Shown piece by piece: positions 13,777 to 26,784 of a DNA stretch of 64,000 nt; the first letter of the stretch is position 1; each line of letters starts with the position of its first letter. A program made the position numbers and the translations under genes. The stretch is from Mytilus edulis (Eukaryota). Where the stretch lies: NCBI RefSeq assembly GCF_963676685.1, contig NC_092357.1, forward strand, positions 35,526,001 to 35,590,000, in the 5' to 3' direction. Below the pieces are notes generated by a model, which did no database searches, was not told the origin of the DNA, and saw only the letters and a list, made by a program, of their open reading frames with translations.

Positions 13777-14671
13777 AATTGAGAATGGAAATAGAGAATA
13801 TGTCAAGAGACAACAACCCGATCAAAGAGCAGACAATAGCTGATGGCCAACAATGGGTCTGCAACGCAACGAGAAAAATCCACACCCGGAGGTTGTCCTT
13901 AGCAGACCCCTAAAATAAAATTGTAAACTAGTTCAGTGAAAATAGACGTCGCACTAAACTCTAAACCATATAAATGAGCTAAAATTTAAAAAAAAAGACT
14001 AACAAAGGACAGAGGCTTCTGAGTTCGGAATTTGCTAAATTGTCCGTTGTCAGAAAAGATAACAAAATAAACTAAGCAAAACGATAATGATACATTAATT
14101 AACATACTACTAGCAGTTACTGATATGCCAGCTCCAGACCTTGATTAAACTGATCGAAAGATTATTTATTTATCATATGAAAATCAAGTACAATCCCATA
14201 CGGTTAGGAGATTAGTATCACACCATCATAAAATATCTGATAACAACATAACCCGTATCATGCCAACAACTGGTTTTAGAATAAATGTGTTCATGTTTAT
14301 ATTCGATGCAAAGACCCTATGAGTGAATCAATATTGATACCAAATTATACAATCCTTAATTAATTGACAACAGTATCGTAACTATATTCTTTCCGAATAA
14401 TTATGTTTTAAGGTTTGGATAGCTTTCGATTTGAATGTCGACATTTTTGTGCTTTGTAAAGAATATTATCATAAAATATTGGATGTGAAATAACTAAGCG
14501 TATAAGATATCTGCATGTTGATTTAAATAACCGAACGATGTCCTTATACTGATGATATAATTTTGTAAATGTTTCGACTAGTTTGTGATATCGAAAACCC
14601 CGCTGTAACAATTTTTCAGTAATACAGAGGTTTCTTTCGTTGAAATCAAATACGTTGTTACATGTATACAT
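13777..14671 (-). mobile_element. Penelope-like element fragment (RT C-terminus plus 3' region)
   Basis: CNNVFDFNERNLCITEKLLQRGFRYHKLVETFTKLY, followed by the abundant repeat AAATTGAGAATGGAAA...GAGACAACAACCCG. Confidence 0.75.
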
Positions 14672-17469
14672 CCATGCATTTTTATATCGACTTTTTTGTA
14701 TCCTTGTTGTTTAAAAAAATTACAATTACAATTTAGCAAAATAAACATTTGTTCAGTAGGACAATGTTTCTATCAAGATAATCATATAATATACGATCAT
14801 CATTTTTTCTATTTCAAACAAAAAGTCTGTCACGTCTGCTTTTTATATAGTTCTATTTTGTGAACGCCGAAAATTACTTTTTTTGATGAGAAACCATATT
14901 TATTGACCAAACATCTTTTTTTAGGGGGGGGGGGGGGCGGCAGAGAAAAGTGTTCATTATTATTTTTGTTTATAACAATTGGGGGACATTTAATAAAATT
15001 TAATATACGTAGCCAAAAAGTTTAAAAAAAAAGTTGGACCACGGAAATTTAACCCGCGGTTACATCAAGTAGTTTAAAGGGTTTATCTTGGATACAATTA
15101 ACCAATGGTTATATATGGCCAACAGATGATCAACCGGGTCCTGGTTTGTAAATTAAGTTTAAACTTGAATTATTTCTTTTAAAATAACAACAGCAATTTG
15201 AAAATGGACACATACAGTTTTTGAATTTAGTTAAAAAAATAAATTCTTTGAAAGCGTTTGTTTCGTTGTTAATGTATATGTAAGTCAGTATCAATAGCCA
15301 TAAACATTCATTTTGATTGCACTCTCCTAACATACTGCAGAATACATATCATTCGAAAGCCCATTATTAATATTATCTTTTAGCCCGATCATCAACAATT
15401 CGTACTGTCCATTTTCCGTTAAATTAGGATCAGAGGTAAACAAAAGCTAGTTTAAAAGATGTGTACGTGCAATTTTTGTTAAATGGCTTAGCATTTAAGA
15501 TGTGTACGTGCAATTTTGGTTAATTCGCCTAGCATTTAAGATATCCGAATTTTACACATAATGGTATCATGGTTATTAAATGTGTTAAAACAGCAAAAAC
15601 TTACAGAAAGTAAATTAGCAGTCACTTAACAGATATTACTATCGTAATAGAATGGAAGGCTTGTTTTGAAACTTCTAGTAAGTTGATTAAAATGTGTGAA
15701 AGAAAATAATTTTCGTATGATTCAACTGGGAATAACTTAAACCAAATATTATTTCAACATGTTCAAGAAAATGCCGACTTCAACAGTGACATTTGTAGAA
15801 ATTAGTTCAAACACACAAACAACCATACCAAATGATGTCTTTGACTTAAAAACCCCACAAGATATACTGCCTTTTACATTGTTTTAAGTTTTTCTAAATT
15901 AGAAAGGTGCAGGTTGTCAATAGTATGTTAAAGCCACACAATTCTTTAAAAAATACTAAAGGGAATAAAGCACAAAGAAAACTAGAATAAAACTTTAAAC
16001 CATTAATAAAGAAAACTGCCTCGGCGGTCACATGCATGCACCCTTGAATTGAGTTCTCAAGGTCGCAGGTTTGAGTGATGATGTGTTCAAGTAAGATTTT
16101 AAAATTTATTTTTTCTAGGTGCTGCTTTTCAAAATTACTAGTCACTAAAAGGAGAAGGAAAGCAAATAGTTGGTTGTTTGTAAGCAGCATAAAGAGCGGG
16201 GTATTACGATAAATATATATAAGAAGATGTGGTATGATTCCTAGTGAGACAAACCTCAAATGCATGTTAACGGGCACTCATCTCTCCCAACACCCTAGAT
16301 CAGTGGTGCAAACGAAAGAAGAAAGATATAGGATACTCATAAGACGTAAATAAAATGGCAACGCCATGACCGAAAAAAAATAATAAAAAAACAGACAAAC
16401 AATAGCACACACAACACAAAAAAACCAATTAAGACTAGGAAGCAGAACGAACACAAGTTGAATTAAGAGATACTCTCAGATTCTTCGGAAGGGAAAGCAG
16501 ATCCTGTTCCACATATAACACACGTCCTGTTGCTCATTTTAGTACAAACCCAGTAATAAGCCTTTTTCTGGATAGCATTATTATCCTCCTCCTCCTCCTC
16601 CTCTTCCTCCTCCTTCTCATCATCATTTTCATCATCATTTATTTCAATATGGTTGGGTTTTCTTAACGATGGGTGCCAGAAATTATCGAAATCAGCAAAT
16701 ACAAATCATGTACGGTTTCAAAGTTTTTTGATTTGATGAAACTTTAATGTAGCAACGTGTCTCATACTATCAAGTGTATCCGACATGCATAAACTAAACA
16801 TGTAAAGCTAAACATCAAAGTATGTGAAGAAAGTAAAGAAATCGTTACAACGGTTCTAATCTTGCAGAACAGCAATCAACAACGAGTACATTCAGTCACT
16901 GACTTTTGTGTCGATATTTAAATGTAACTTAACTGTATAAGAATGTATACTTTTCGACTGTAAAAGATTTCTTTACGATCTAATGAAAGAGGAAATACAT
17001 GTCGTAATGATAAGAACATTGCAGTTATCATAAGCATGTAATGCCATTTACAAGGCATGTTTTTACTTCATCTATCATATGAATATTACAACCAAGAACA
17101 ATAAGCTGTGTGTATGACAATGCTTTTAACTTTACATTGGTACATAACAAAATCTACTCCTGATGAACTATTTTCTCCTGTTCATGGTCAAACATGTTAT
17201 TTTGTTTGTGGATCATGCATTGTGGCATTGAACTACCATTTACCTGAGTGGACCATTTATGCAACCTTGATCTGTTCAATATTTAAAATTTGTCATTTAA
17301 TGATAAGCATAAAGGTTTCTTACAGATAAAAAGGTAGTCCAATCACTACAAAAAATAACGGGTACAACCATTGACGTCACAGCAATGTTTTAATCTTTAT
17401 TATTACATCCTTATTTCATTACAATGATGTCATGTCTGGAGCTGTTAAAAATGCGATTGGTTATTGGAC

Positions 17470-17697
17470 ACAAACATGTTTAACCCCGCCGCATTTTTAC
17501 GCCTGTCCCAAGTCAGGAGCCTCTGGCCTTTGTTAGTCTTGTATTATTTTAATTTAAGTTTCTTGTGTACAATTTGGAAATTAGTATGGCGGTCATTATC
17601 ACTGGACTAGTATATATTTGTTTAGGGGCCAGCTGAAGGACGCCTCCGGGTGCGGGAATTTCTCGCTACATTGAAGACCTTTTGGTGACCCTCTGCC
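17470..17697 (+). repeat. PLE-associated dispersed repeat (inverted relative to 18594-19073)
   Basis: CCTGTCCCAAGTCAGGAGCCTCTGGCCTTTGTTAGTCTTG is the reverse complement of 18815-18855. Confidence 0.8.
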
Positions 17698-18593
17698 GTT
17701 AACATTTAGTTTTATTGCACACATCGGAAATACTGCTAAATATACATACCATTCAAATACTATATTTTACTGGTTAGTCTTTTGAAGACGACATGCGCGT
17801 CTGACGAAAAAACAAAAATTCATTCCTGGTATCTATGATGAGTTTATTTAGTCCGATTTTCAAAAATTCGTACTGCGCATTTTCCTTTAAATCAAGATCA
17901 AAAGTTACCAAAACAAAATTAGTTTTCAAGACGTGTACGTGCGTTTTTGGTTGAATGGCTTAGCATTCAAGATGTCAGAATTAACACATAATGGAGTTTT
18001 AAAAAAAATGTTTAAAAACAACAAAAACTTACAGAAAAAAAATTAGCAGTCACTTATCATATATTAATAACGTAATTGAATGAAAGGCGTGTTTTAAATA
18101 TTCCAATAAATTGATTGAAATGTGTGAAAGAAAATTATTTTCATATGATTCAACTGTTCATCACTTTATAAAAAACATCATTTCAAAAAAATTCTGACAT
18201 CAACATCGACATTAGTAGAACTCATTTCCAACACAAAATCAACCATACCAAATGATACCCTGCCATTTTAGTTGTTTTTAATTTAAAAAAAACAAAACAA
18301 AAAAACGCATGTTATCATTATTACGTTAAAGCCACTCAATTCTTTAGAACAAACAATAGAGAGAACAAAGCACAAAGAATACAGGAATAGGAAATTGCCT
18401 CGCCGGTCTCGTGCTTGTGTCCTCGCCTTAACTTCTTTAAGTCACAGGTTCAAGTCAGATTTTTTAATTTGAAATATCTAGCTGCTGCATTTCAACAATA
18501 CTTGTCACTTTCAGGAAAAGGAGAGTTAATAACTTGTTGGTAGTAGTAATGAATCGGGATATATTGATATATACATAAAAGAAGATGTGGTAT

Positions 18594-19073
18594 AAAATTG
18601 AGAATGGAAATGGGGAATGTGTCAAAGAGACAACAACCCGACCAAATCAAAAACAACAGCAGAGGGTCACCAACAGGTCTTCAATGTAGCGAGAAATTCT
18701 CGCACCCGGAGGCGTCCTTCAGCTGGCCCCTAAACAAATATATACTAGTCCAGTGATAATAAACGCCATTCTAATTTCCAAATTGTACACAAGAAACTAA
18801 AATTAAAATAATACAAGACTAACAAAGGCCAGAGGCTCCTGACTTGGGACAGGCGCAAAAATGCGGCGGAGTTTTACATGTTTGTGAGATCTCAACCCCC
18901 CCCCCTATACCTCTAACTAATGTAGAAAAGTAAATGCATAACAATACGCACATTAAAATTCAGTTCAAGAGAAGTCCGAGTCTGATATCAGAAGATGTAA
19001 CCAAAGAAAATAAACAAAATGACAATTATACATAAATAACAACAGACTACTAGCAGTTAACTGACATGCCAGC
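18594..19073 (-). repeat. PLE-associated dispersed repeat
   Basis: AAAATTGAGAATGGAAATGGGGAATGTGTCAAAGAGACAACAACCCG..., also at 13777, 32998, 37088 and 46459. Confidence 0.85.
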
Positions 19074-20635
19074 TATGTATGTTTGCTTATGAGACAACTC
19101 TCAACAACCTAGACCACTTATGTAAACGAGAGGCTAAACATAACAGAGGATACGTTCAAACTCAAAAGTCGAAAATGAACTGACAATGCCATGGCTGAAA
19201 AACAACAACAGACAAACAATAGCGCTCAAAGCACAACATGCACAATTAAAATAACTAAAGACTTAGCAACACGAACTCAACTAAAAACTAGGAATAGTCT
19301 CAGGTACTCCGGAAGGGTAATCAGATCATGTTCGGTATATGACACCCGTTGTGTTGCTTATATCAGTATAAACCTGATAATAAGTCTTGTTTGGTAGGTC
19401 AAGGGTACGGGATTGTAGTCTCTCCTATGTTTAACAAATAGATTGATCATTGGTACCTGCGTATTAGAACACACAATTTGGATACAAAAAGGCAACCATT
19501 CACTATTTTAAAATCATTTTAAATTTGAAATGATTAGGATTCGATTACAATCAGTTAGATTAAAATGTCTAGACTATAAACCTTTAAATAGCTTAACACA
19601 AGGCTGCTAAAGAAGGAATGTAAGTCAGCCTAGTTTTGTTAAATCATGTTGCCATCTCGTAGGTCTTATTTTGACTGATACACCTGCTGCATGTTTGCAG
19701 TATCTTAAACAATTATCAATTTATGTCATTTGATATATTTGTTCTGTTGCCTTTTGATTAGAGACTTTCCGCATTTAAATTTCTGTAGAGTTCAGTAGTT
19801 TATTATTGTACCTTTCTCTCGTTAACAATGATTATAAAAGGGTTAAGTGTTTTCATTAATGGGTTTTATTATCAACAGTCAAGGATCAGAAGCTATCTTT
19901 GGTCAGTTGCAGAATTGGAGAGGTATGAAAATACATTTTTGTATTCACATAGGTACTTGTGTTTGTTAATACGATTTTTATAAAAGTATATTTCTTGAAA
20001 GGTATATTGAATTTATTCTGAAGTCCCTTTTGACATAACTGACAAAAAAAATAAAACAAATAATGATTTGATTTAAAAAAAAATTGATAGAACATCTATA
20101 AATCAATGTTTTCGTGTTGGGCCATTTCAAATTTCCCCTTTTTTTATAATTACTTAAATAACAATTAAATTTGGTCTTTTTATGATTTCTGGTAATAAAT
20201 AATTAAATATATATGATGTGCTCACTCAAATTTTTTTTCCATATTATTTTATTATTACTCGGTGGTAAGAACATCTTCGACATTTAAAACCTTTTTTCAA
20301 CGATGCTTGTATATTCAATGTATTATCAAGTATAGCAATATATATATAATCTTTCTTGTTTTATTTGGTCTAACACCTAATATTGAATCATCAACTTTAA
20401 ATATCCATATACCCACTCTTTTTGATCAAACGTTTAATAAAAGTTGTCTAAAAATGGTAGGCATTCATATAGGCCAGTACCTATAAGTGCTCCAGTAACA
20501 TCAGTTTCGTGTTGTTTCTTATTTATTATTTTTAAATGTTGATGTAAATGTCTTTTGGTTTTGTGAGTCTTTGTTTTCCCCTTGGTTTTGATTGTTATTG
20601 TCTTTTCAAAATCTATGATATGAGGCGGTTTTCTA

Positions 20636-22822
20636 CAAATATAATTAAACATTGTAAAACAAACCACATAAAATGAAGATAATTTAAACGAGACTGAAAG
20701 AAAGTGACAGAAAAGACTTTAAATTTTGATAATTATTGAGCACTGGAACATCATCTGTGTCATTAAGATAGTCAGGATATTTCAGATTACTTAGCAGCCA
20801 CATGATACAATCTTGATATATATTTATAAGTCGATGGAAAATACACAGATTGGACTGTTAAAACAAAATGTAACATGGTAAAAGTAGTTTGTTTGAAAAA
20901 GGTTATTTTCACGAATTGTTCACCTAATCTATGCAAGTACTTTCACCTTTAAGGGTTTACTTTTACAAAGTATGACTTGGATGGAGAGTTGTCTCATTCG
21001 CACTCAAACCACATCTTCTTATGTTTATTAACTGTATGTTGAAAATTTTAACTATATGCAGTACACATTGTGTTACCTACATGTAGCGCAACTTTACTAT
21101 TGAAATCCTAAAGTCATCCATGCCGCAACTTTACATGATTAGAAAATTTAAATATTAAAAATTAACACCTACAAAAAACTGGATTTGTTGGCGTTACTTA
21201 ATGAAAGAGCAAAAGATTTTTTGCTTTTTGATTATCACCTCCAAGAAATTTTCACCAGATGTTTAGCTTCCTGTTTAACTCCTTCTTTAATAGTGTATTT
21301 GTTGACGTGATTTGAACCTAAATAAAAAAAAAGTAGATCGGAGCCTTCTTCGATACAAACTGGAATGGTAAACACTTTGTTCAAACAAATATAAATGTAC
21401 AAGTAAAATATTATGTCAAAATATTAAAAGAAAAGACACATTATATTATTACAATCAAAAACTTGACACACTCAATGACCATGATCAAATATAATTAAAC
21501 ATTGTAAAACGAACCACATAAAATTAAGATAATTTAAACGAGACTGAAAGAAAGTGACAGAAAAGACTTTAAATTTTGATAATTATTGAGCACCGGAACA
21601 TCATCTGTGTCATTAAGATAGTCAGGATATTTCAGATTACTTAGCAGCCACATGATATAATCTTGAGATATATTCATAAGTCGATGGAAAATACACAGAT
21701 TGGACTGTTAACACAAAATGTAACATGGTAAAAGTAGTTTTTTTGAAAAAGGTTATTTTCACGAATTGTTCACCTAATCTATGCAAGTACTTTCACCTTT
21801 AAGGGTTTACTTTTACAAAGTATGACTTGGATGGAGAGTTGTCTCATTAGCACTCAAACCACATCTTCTTATGTTTATTAACTGTATGTTGAAAATTTTA
21901 ACTATATGCAGTACACATTGTGTTACCTACAAATGTACATGTAGCGCAACTTTACTATTGAAATCCTAAAGTCATCCATGCCGCAACTTTACATGATTAG
22001 AAAATTAAAATATTAACAATTAACACCTACAAAAAACTGGATTTGTTGGCGTTACTTAATGAAAGAGCAAAAGATTTTTTGCTTTTTGAATATCACCTCC
22101 AAGAAATTGTCAGCAGATGTTTAGCTTCCTGTTTAACTCCTTCTTTAATAGTGTATTTGTTGACGTGACTTGAATCTCAATTAAAAATAAGTAGATCGGA
22201 GCCTTCTTCGATACAAACTGGAATGGTAAACACTTTGTTCAAACAAATATAAATGTACAAGTAAAATATTATGTCAAAATATTAAAAGAAAAGACACATT
22301 ATATTATTACAATCAAAAACTTGACACACTCAATGACCATAATCAAATATAATTAAACATTGTAAAACTAACCACATAAAATTAAGATAATTTAAACAGA
22401 ACTGAAAGAAAGTGACAGAAAAGACTTTAAATTTTGATAATTATTGAGCACTGGAACATCATCTGTGTTATTAAGATAGTCAGGATATTTTAGATAACTT
22501 AGCAGCCACATGAAACAAGCTTGAGACATATTCATAAGTCGATGGAAATTACACTGATTGGACTGTTAACATGGTAAAAGTAGTTTGTTTGAAAAAGGTT
22601 ATTTTCACGAATTGTTCACCAAATCTATGCAAGTACTTTCACCTTTAAGGGTTTATTTTTACAAAGTATGACTCGGATGGAGAGTTGTCTCATTGGCACT
22701 CAAACCACATCTTCTTATGTCTATTAACTGTATGTTGAAAGTTTAAACTATATGCAGTACACATTGTGTTACCTACATGTAGCGCAACTTTACTGTTGAA
22801 ATCCTAAAGTCATCTATGCCGC
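20636..22822. repeat. Tandem array, ~850-858-bp unit, about 2.6 copies
   Basis: Unit start CAAATATAATTAAACATTGTAAAAC at 20636, 21486 and 22344; high identity; non-coding. Confidence 0.95.
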
Positions 22823-23109
22823 TTGTCAGTTGTTATATTCTGAAATGCTCATACTTTTAGTTCATATCCTTCACTTTGAAGATTGTCCCTAAACCCACAC
22901 TTATCTATGTGAAATGCATATTTTAAATGTATTAACTATTTTAGAGGAGATCCACTCATTATATAGTCGAGACAACCGAGGTTCATTTCTGGAATACATG
23001 AGTCTGTTTCTGGTATTAAATATTAAGACAAAACATTTTCGAGCTTTTTGTATGATTTATAATGAGATTTCACAAAAAGAAAATGTTAAGGTTAAACATG
23101 AAAGAATTA

Positions 23110-23375
23110 GATTTTTTGATTTGTGGTTTATTAACGCCACCTTTTATCACCGCTGTTAGGTTATTTTGTGGCGGCCAGTTTGTTTTAATGGAGGAAGCCG
23201 GAGTGCCTGGAGAAAACCACTGACATTCGATTGATAACTGCCAATCAGTCAATTACTGTCAATTAAGATTGAAGTCGAATGGACACACACGAGCGGGGTT
23301 CGAACTCACAACCTTTGTGTTGGCCGGCTAGTGATCACAGTAGTGACTACGTAGACCATTGGCAACCGAGGCCCC
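23110..23375 (-). mobile_element. tRNA-derived SINE with a V-type core
   Basis: Minus strand starts GGGGCCTCGGTTGCCAATGG, has B box GAGTTCGAACCC, core GGTTTTCTCCAGGCACTCCGGCTTCCTCCA and a simple-repeat tail. Confidence 0.8.
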
Positions 23376-23778
23376 TAATATGGAGGAAATTTGGTACGGT
23401 GTTATAGTTTAGATTTATCATTAACCTATCGACAAGACAGGAAAATGACACAAATTACCTACACATTAATTACAAAATAATCAAAAAGCTAATTTCTAAT
23501 TTCATTCTCCGTTCAATGTAATGCAAAACATATATATTAAAAACAGATAACAAACCACAACCATATAAAAAAATCATTGAAACTGTCAATACCTTTGTAT
23601 AATATTTATAGATAACATAAAAAACTATAAAATCAAAACGTTATTTAAGAATAGATGTCGAATAAAATAAATCATGAAAGTGACATATATTTGTGAACAG
23701 CATAAATCCTAGTTTGTTAAAACAAAATATAGAGATCATCTTTGTAATGTATAAGATATAAGTATGAAAACTATAATA

Positions 23779-25802
23779 TTATGCTGTCGATTTGACGTCT
23801 ATCGATACACAAAGAAGGTCGCCGCCTTCGAATATTTCATCTGCGGAATCGAACCATTGTCGCAACATCCTCTGACTTGGGATACCAGGATAAGGATTGA
23901 TAAGGATCAGCTCACAAACAGTCCGCAATTGACTGCAACCATATGGCATTAGATGAAGGAGGCCTTTACACGGTTTGGATAGAATCCAATGTTGTGAAAG
24001 ATTGGCTGTCCACTCCGCAACTTGCATAAAATCTAGTTTAGTGATAAGTCTGGATTTTTGCTTCAAAAACGTAATTGAAAGACTTGTATGTGTAAACTGG
24101 CACATGCATGATTGTTTTGCTTCCTCGTGTGTCCAAGAAGTGGACATATTCGTGCAGGAATGAGCATGATGTGGACGGCTATCTCTTATTACCTTAAAAG
24201 GGAATTGGTACAGAGGGGGTTATTAGTATAACACTCCCATGCCGCTCACATAAATGTAGATAGACATTTTTCTAAATTTTAGCAATCATTATTTAAGCAA
24301 TACTTTCTGCATAAATACATAGCATTACACACTAATTTAACAGATAAAAATAAAATTAGTTCATGAAATCTTCATAACGTCAAACTTGTTCGGTAGTAAA
24401 CAACCTTTCGTTCACTATTTATTATTACAGAAAAAACTGACTGTACATTGATAATGTTTGATAATATTTTGTATATCATAACACTAGATGTATGTTTCAT
24501 TATAATACGTTATTTTGATTGGCTACAATGTAATATCGCGTTATTCCTTAATCAACTTCATTACACAATAAAATGTATCACTCATGACGACACGAGGTCC
24601 CACAATAAAGTACACAGGTAAATTAAATAAAAACTTGATAAAAATCATGTTTTTAAGCTAAAAAATGTAATTGTAAGTTTTGAATGCTTCTTTTTGTAAC
24701 TTCATATGGTTATAACAGCGTTGACTGTGCGCACATTATCGCACTTCATATAAATGTACTTCGGTCAAAGCTTTTACATCCTCAATGAAGTTACAAAGAG
24801 AGGCATTCAATTATTAAATGCATAAGTATTATCATGATTATGAGGGTCGAAAAAGCTATACAAAAATATTATCCCAAATTTCAGGTTAAAGCTTCTATTT
24901 TGCAATATGTGACACTTAATCGCAAAACAATATGCTTCAATTGTGGCTACCTGCATCTCAAATGACCAGAAAGTTTTTTTTCTTTTTTTTATCGTTTTTT
25001 GCTTTGAAAGTGCCTGATCATGCACTCAAAATGTTATACTTCAAAGTGGGTGAATCTTTTGTCTGACACCTACAATGTCAATAGTCATAAATATTGAATT
25101 GTCGATGAGTCATAACGATTAAAATACTTTGATCATAAGTATTCTGATAACGTTCTGGTTTACATTACATTTGAAAACAAGAGCAGCAGGTATTTAGTTT
25201 AAGGATTAACACCTTCAAGAAACTGCTTCAGTTGACGTAATAATCTGAAATGTAAATAGATGGTAACCTTGTTCTACAAGAATCTGTATATGAAATATAT
25301 TCCTTTTTGTTTCAAACAATTACAAACATACAAATTGTTGTTCATATTGATTTTTGTATTTTATTTTGTTATGAATTAGGCCGTTAGTTTTCTCAGCAAA
25401 TATTTTGGGATTCGTGTTGATTAGTCTTTATTGTTCTATGTTTTGTTTTGTGTACTATTGTTTGTCTGGTTTTTTTTTCTTTTCTTGTTCATCCATGGTG
25501 TTTTGTCAGTTATTTTTTTACTGATGGTATCTTCTGCATCTTTATTACACCCGTCGTGTTGCTCATGTTAGTTAGTGATAATAGATATAACAAAAACCAT
25601 TGTATTTTTTAAATTTTTCTATCAAATAATTCACCCTTTCTGAATATCATCACACTTCCGTACCGACAGAAATGATAGTACATCGCACTTATCCTGGACA
25701 GTCCTTTTTTCTATCAATTGTTTTGATTTTTCAACCACTGTATACCAACATTCCCCATGAGAAAATTGAAAATCATCTTTAAGATATAATCCACAATACT
25801 TT
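23779..25802 (-). pseudogene. Disabled multi-exon gene of unknown family
   Basis: Terminal exon 24192-23779 is open for 137 codons after an AG. An upstream donor CAG|GTAGCC at 24951 is in matching phase 0. Segment 25802-25635 (KYCGLYLKDDFQF...KCDDIQK) has a phase-2 donor matching the acceptor at 25244 (LLRQLKQFLEG). The middle exon contains several stops. Confidence 0.4.
24499..24815 (+). mobile_element. Degenerate terminal-hairpin element (Crypton-like)
   Basis: TTTGATTGGCT near the start; hairpin arms TTGAATGCTTCTTTTTGTAACTTCAT / ATGAAGTTACAAAGAGAGGCATTCAA. Confidence 0.45.
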
Positions 25803-25929
25803 CAACATACAAACGTCAAATGGTAGCATAAGATTTAAATTTATTACTCTGCAAACTGATGTTTCATTCCTTTGTCAACCTCTTGTTTGTTTCATATGAG
25901 TAGAAGTTCTTTCAGGCACTTGTCAAAAG

Positions 25930-26460
25930 CAAGAAAATCAAAGAACTCAGGTCATTTTATTTGACATCAGATAAATTGATAATAATCCACACTTTTTTCA
26001 TTAGATTTCATTAATATATTCTCCAGAACTAGAAACTTTGAAAACTGAAACAGACACGGCTTCCTCTGCCTCATTTGAAGACTGATATCTCGAATTTGAC
26101 ATGCGCGGTCAGTACCATCATCTATGACAAACGAGACGATTTCAACTTTTAAAATTGTCAATTCCCCCCCCCCCCCCCCCCCCCCCCCCCTCTCTTAGTA
26201 GCAATATACCAACTTCATCGAATATTGGATATAAATTTACCTTTTTATTCGCTATTCAAGAGCTTGCAGCTGATATTCAATCTTTGTTAAACGTCAGCAG
26301 TGTCTAAATAGAAAATTGATGAGCGAGAGTAAAGTCATAAAACGTATCGTCCTTATTTTTTTAAAATACATCGGAAGGTACGAAGACCTTGTTGATAAAT
26401 ATTCCATATCAATTTCACAAATAATGCAAGATTATCTTGAAATATAGATTCTGGCTACTA
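25930..26460 (+). mobile_element. Penelope-like RT fragment, degenerate
   Basis: Across frameshifts reads YDKRDDFNF, SSNIP and YSRACS, the same motifs as 27735-28199. Confidence 0.7.
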
Positions 26461-26740
26461 TCGTTAATCATTTTGATAAGGTGTTATGCAATCATGTAGT
26501 ATTCTTGTATTTGTCTAGTTTATGTATACTAATATATCTCTTTCACTGTTTAGTCTGATTTTTGTCATATTTTTTGACGTGGCTCTGTAATTATATATCT
26601 TGTCATTGTGTTATTGTGATATGGTGAATTCTTGTATTTTATTTATTACATAGCTTTTATATAGCGCCTATCTAATAAACATAATACTCTAAGCGCTTAA
26701 CATATAATAGTTATCAAAGGTACCAGGATTATAATTTAGT

Positions 26741-26784
26741 ACGGCAGACGCGCGTTTCGTCTTCATATGACTCATCAGTGACGC
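26741..26784 (-). ncRNA. Minimal type I hammerhead ribozyme (PLE-associated)
   Basis: Minus strand: GCGUCA-CUGAUGA-GUC(auaugaa)GAC-GAAA-CGCGCG-UC-UGCCGU. Core intact, stem II present, palindromic stem III, one mismatch in stem I. Confidence 0.8.

Larger units (their letters stand above)
15397..19400. repeat. Old direct duplication of ~1.2 kb (15397-16565 vs 17865-19400)
   Basis: Colinear shared blocks (AATTCGTACTG, GTGTACGTGC, AAAACTTACAGAAA..AAATTAGCAGTCACTTA, AACCATACCAAATGAT, GAAGATGTGGTAT); the second copy carries an extra repeat at 18594-19073. Confidence 0.75.

Noticed and set aside
23280-23375. Functional tRNA genes here and at 28920-28979
   Set aside because: They continue into SINE cores and tails and lack an intact cloverleaf.
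26164-26190. Poly-C run (also poly-G near 14925)
   Set aside because: Homopolymer expansion inside decayed repeat sequence; length is unreliable and no function is indicated.
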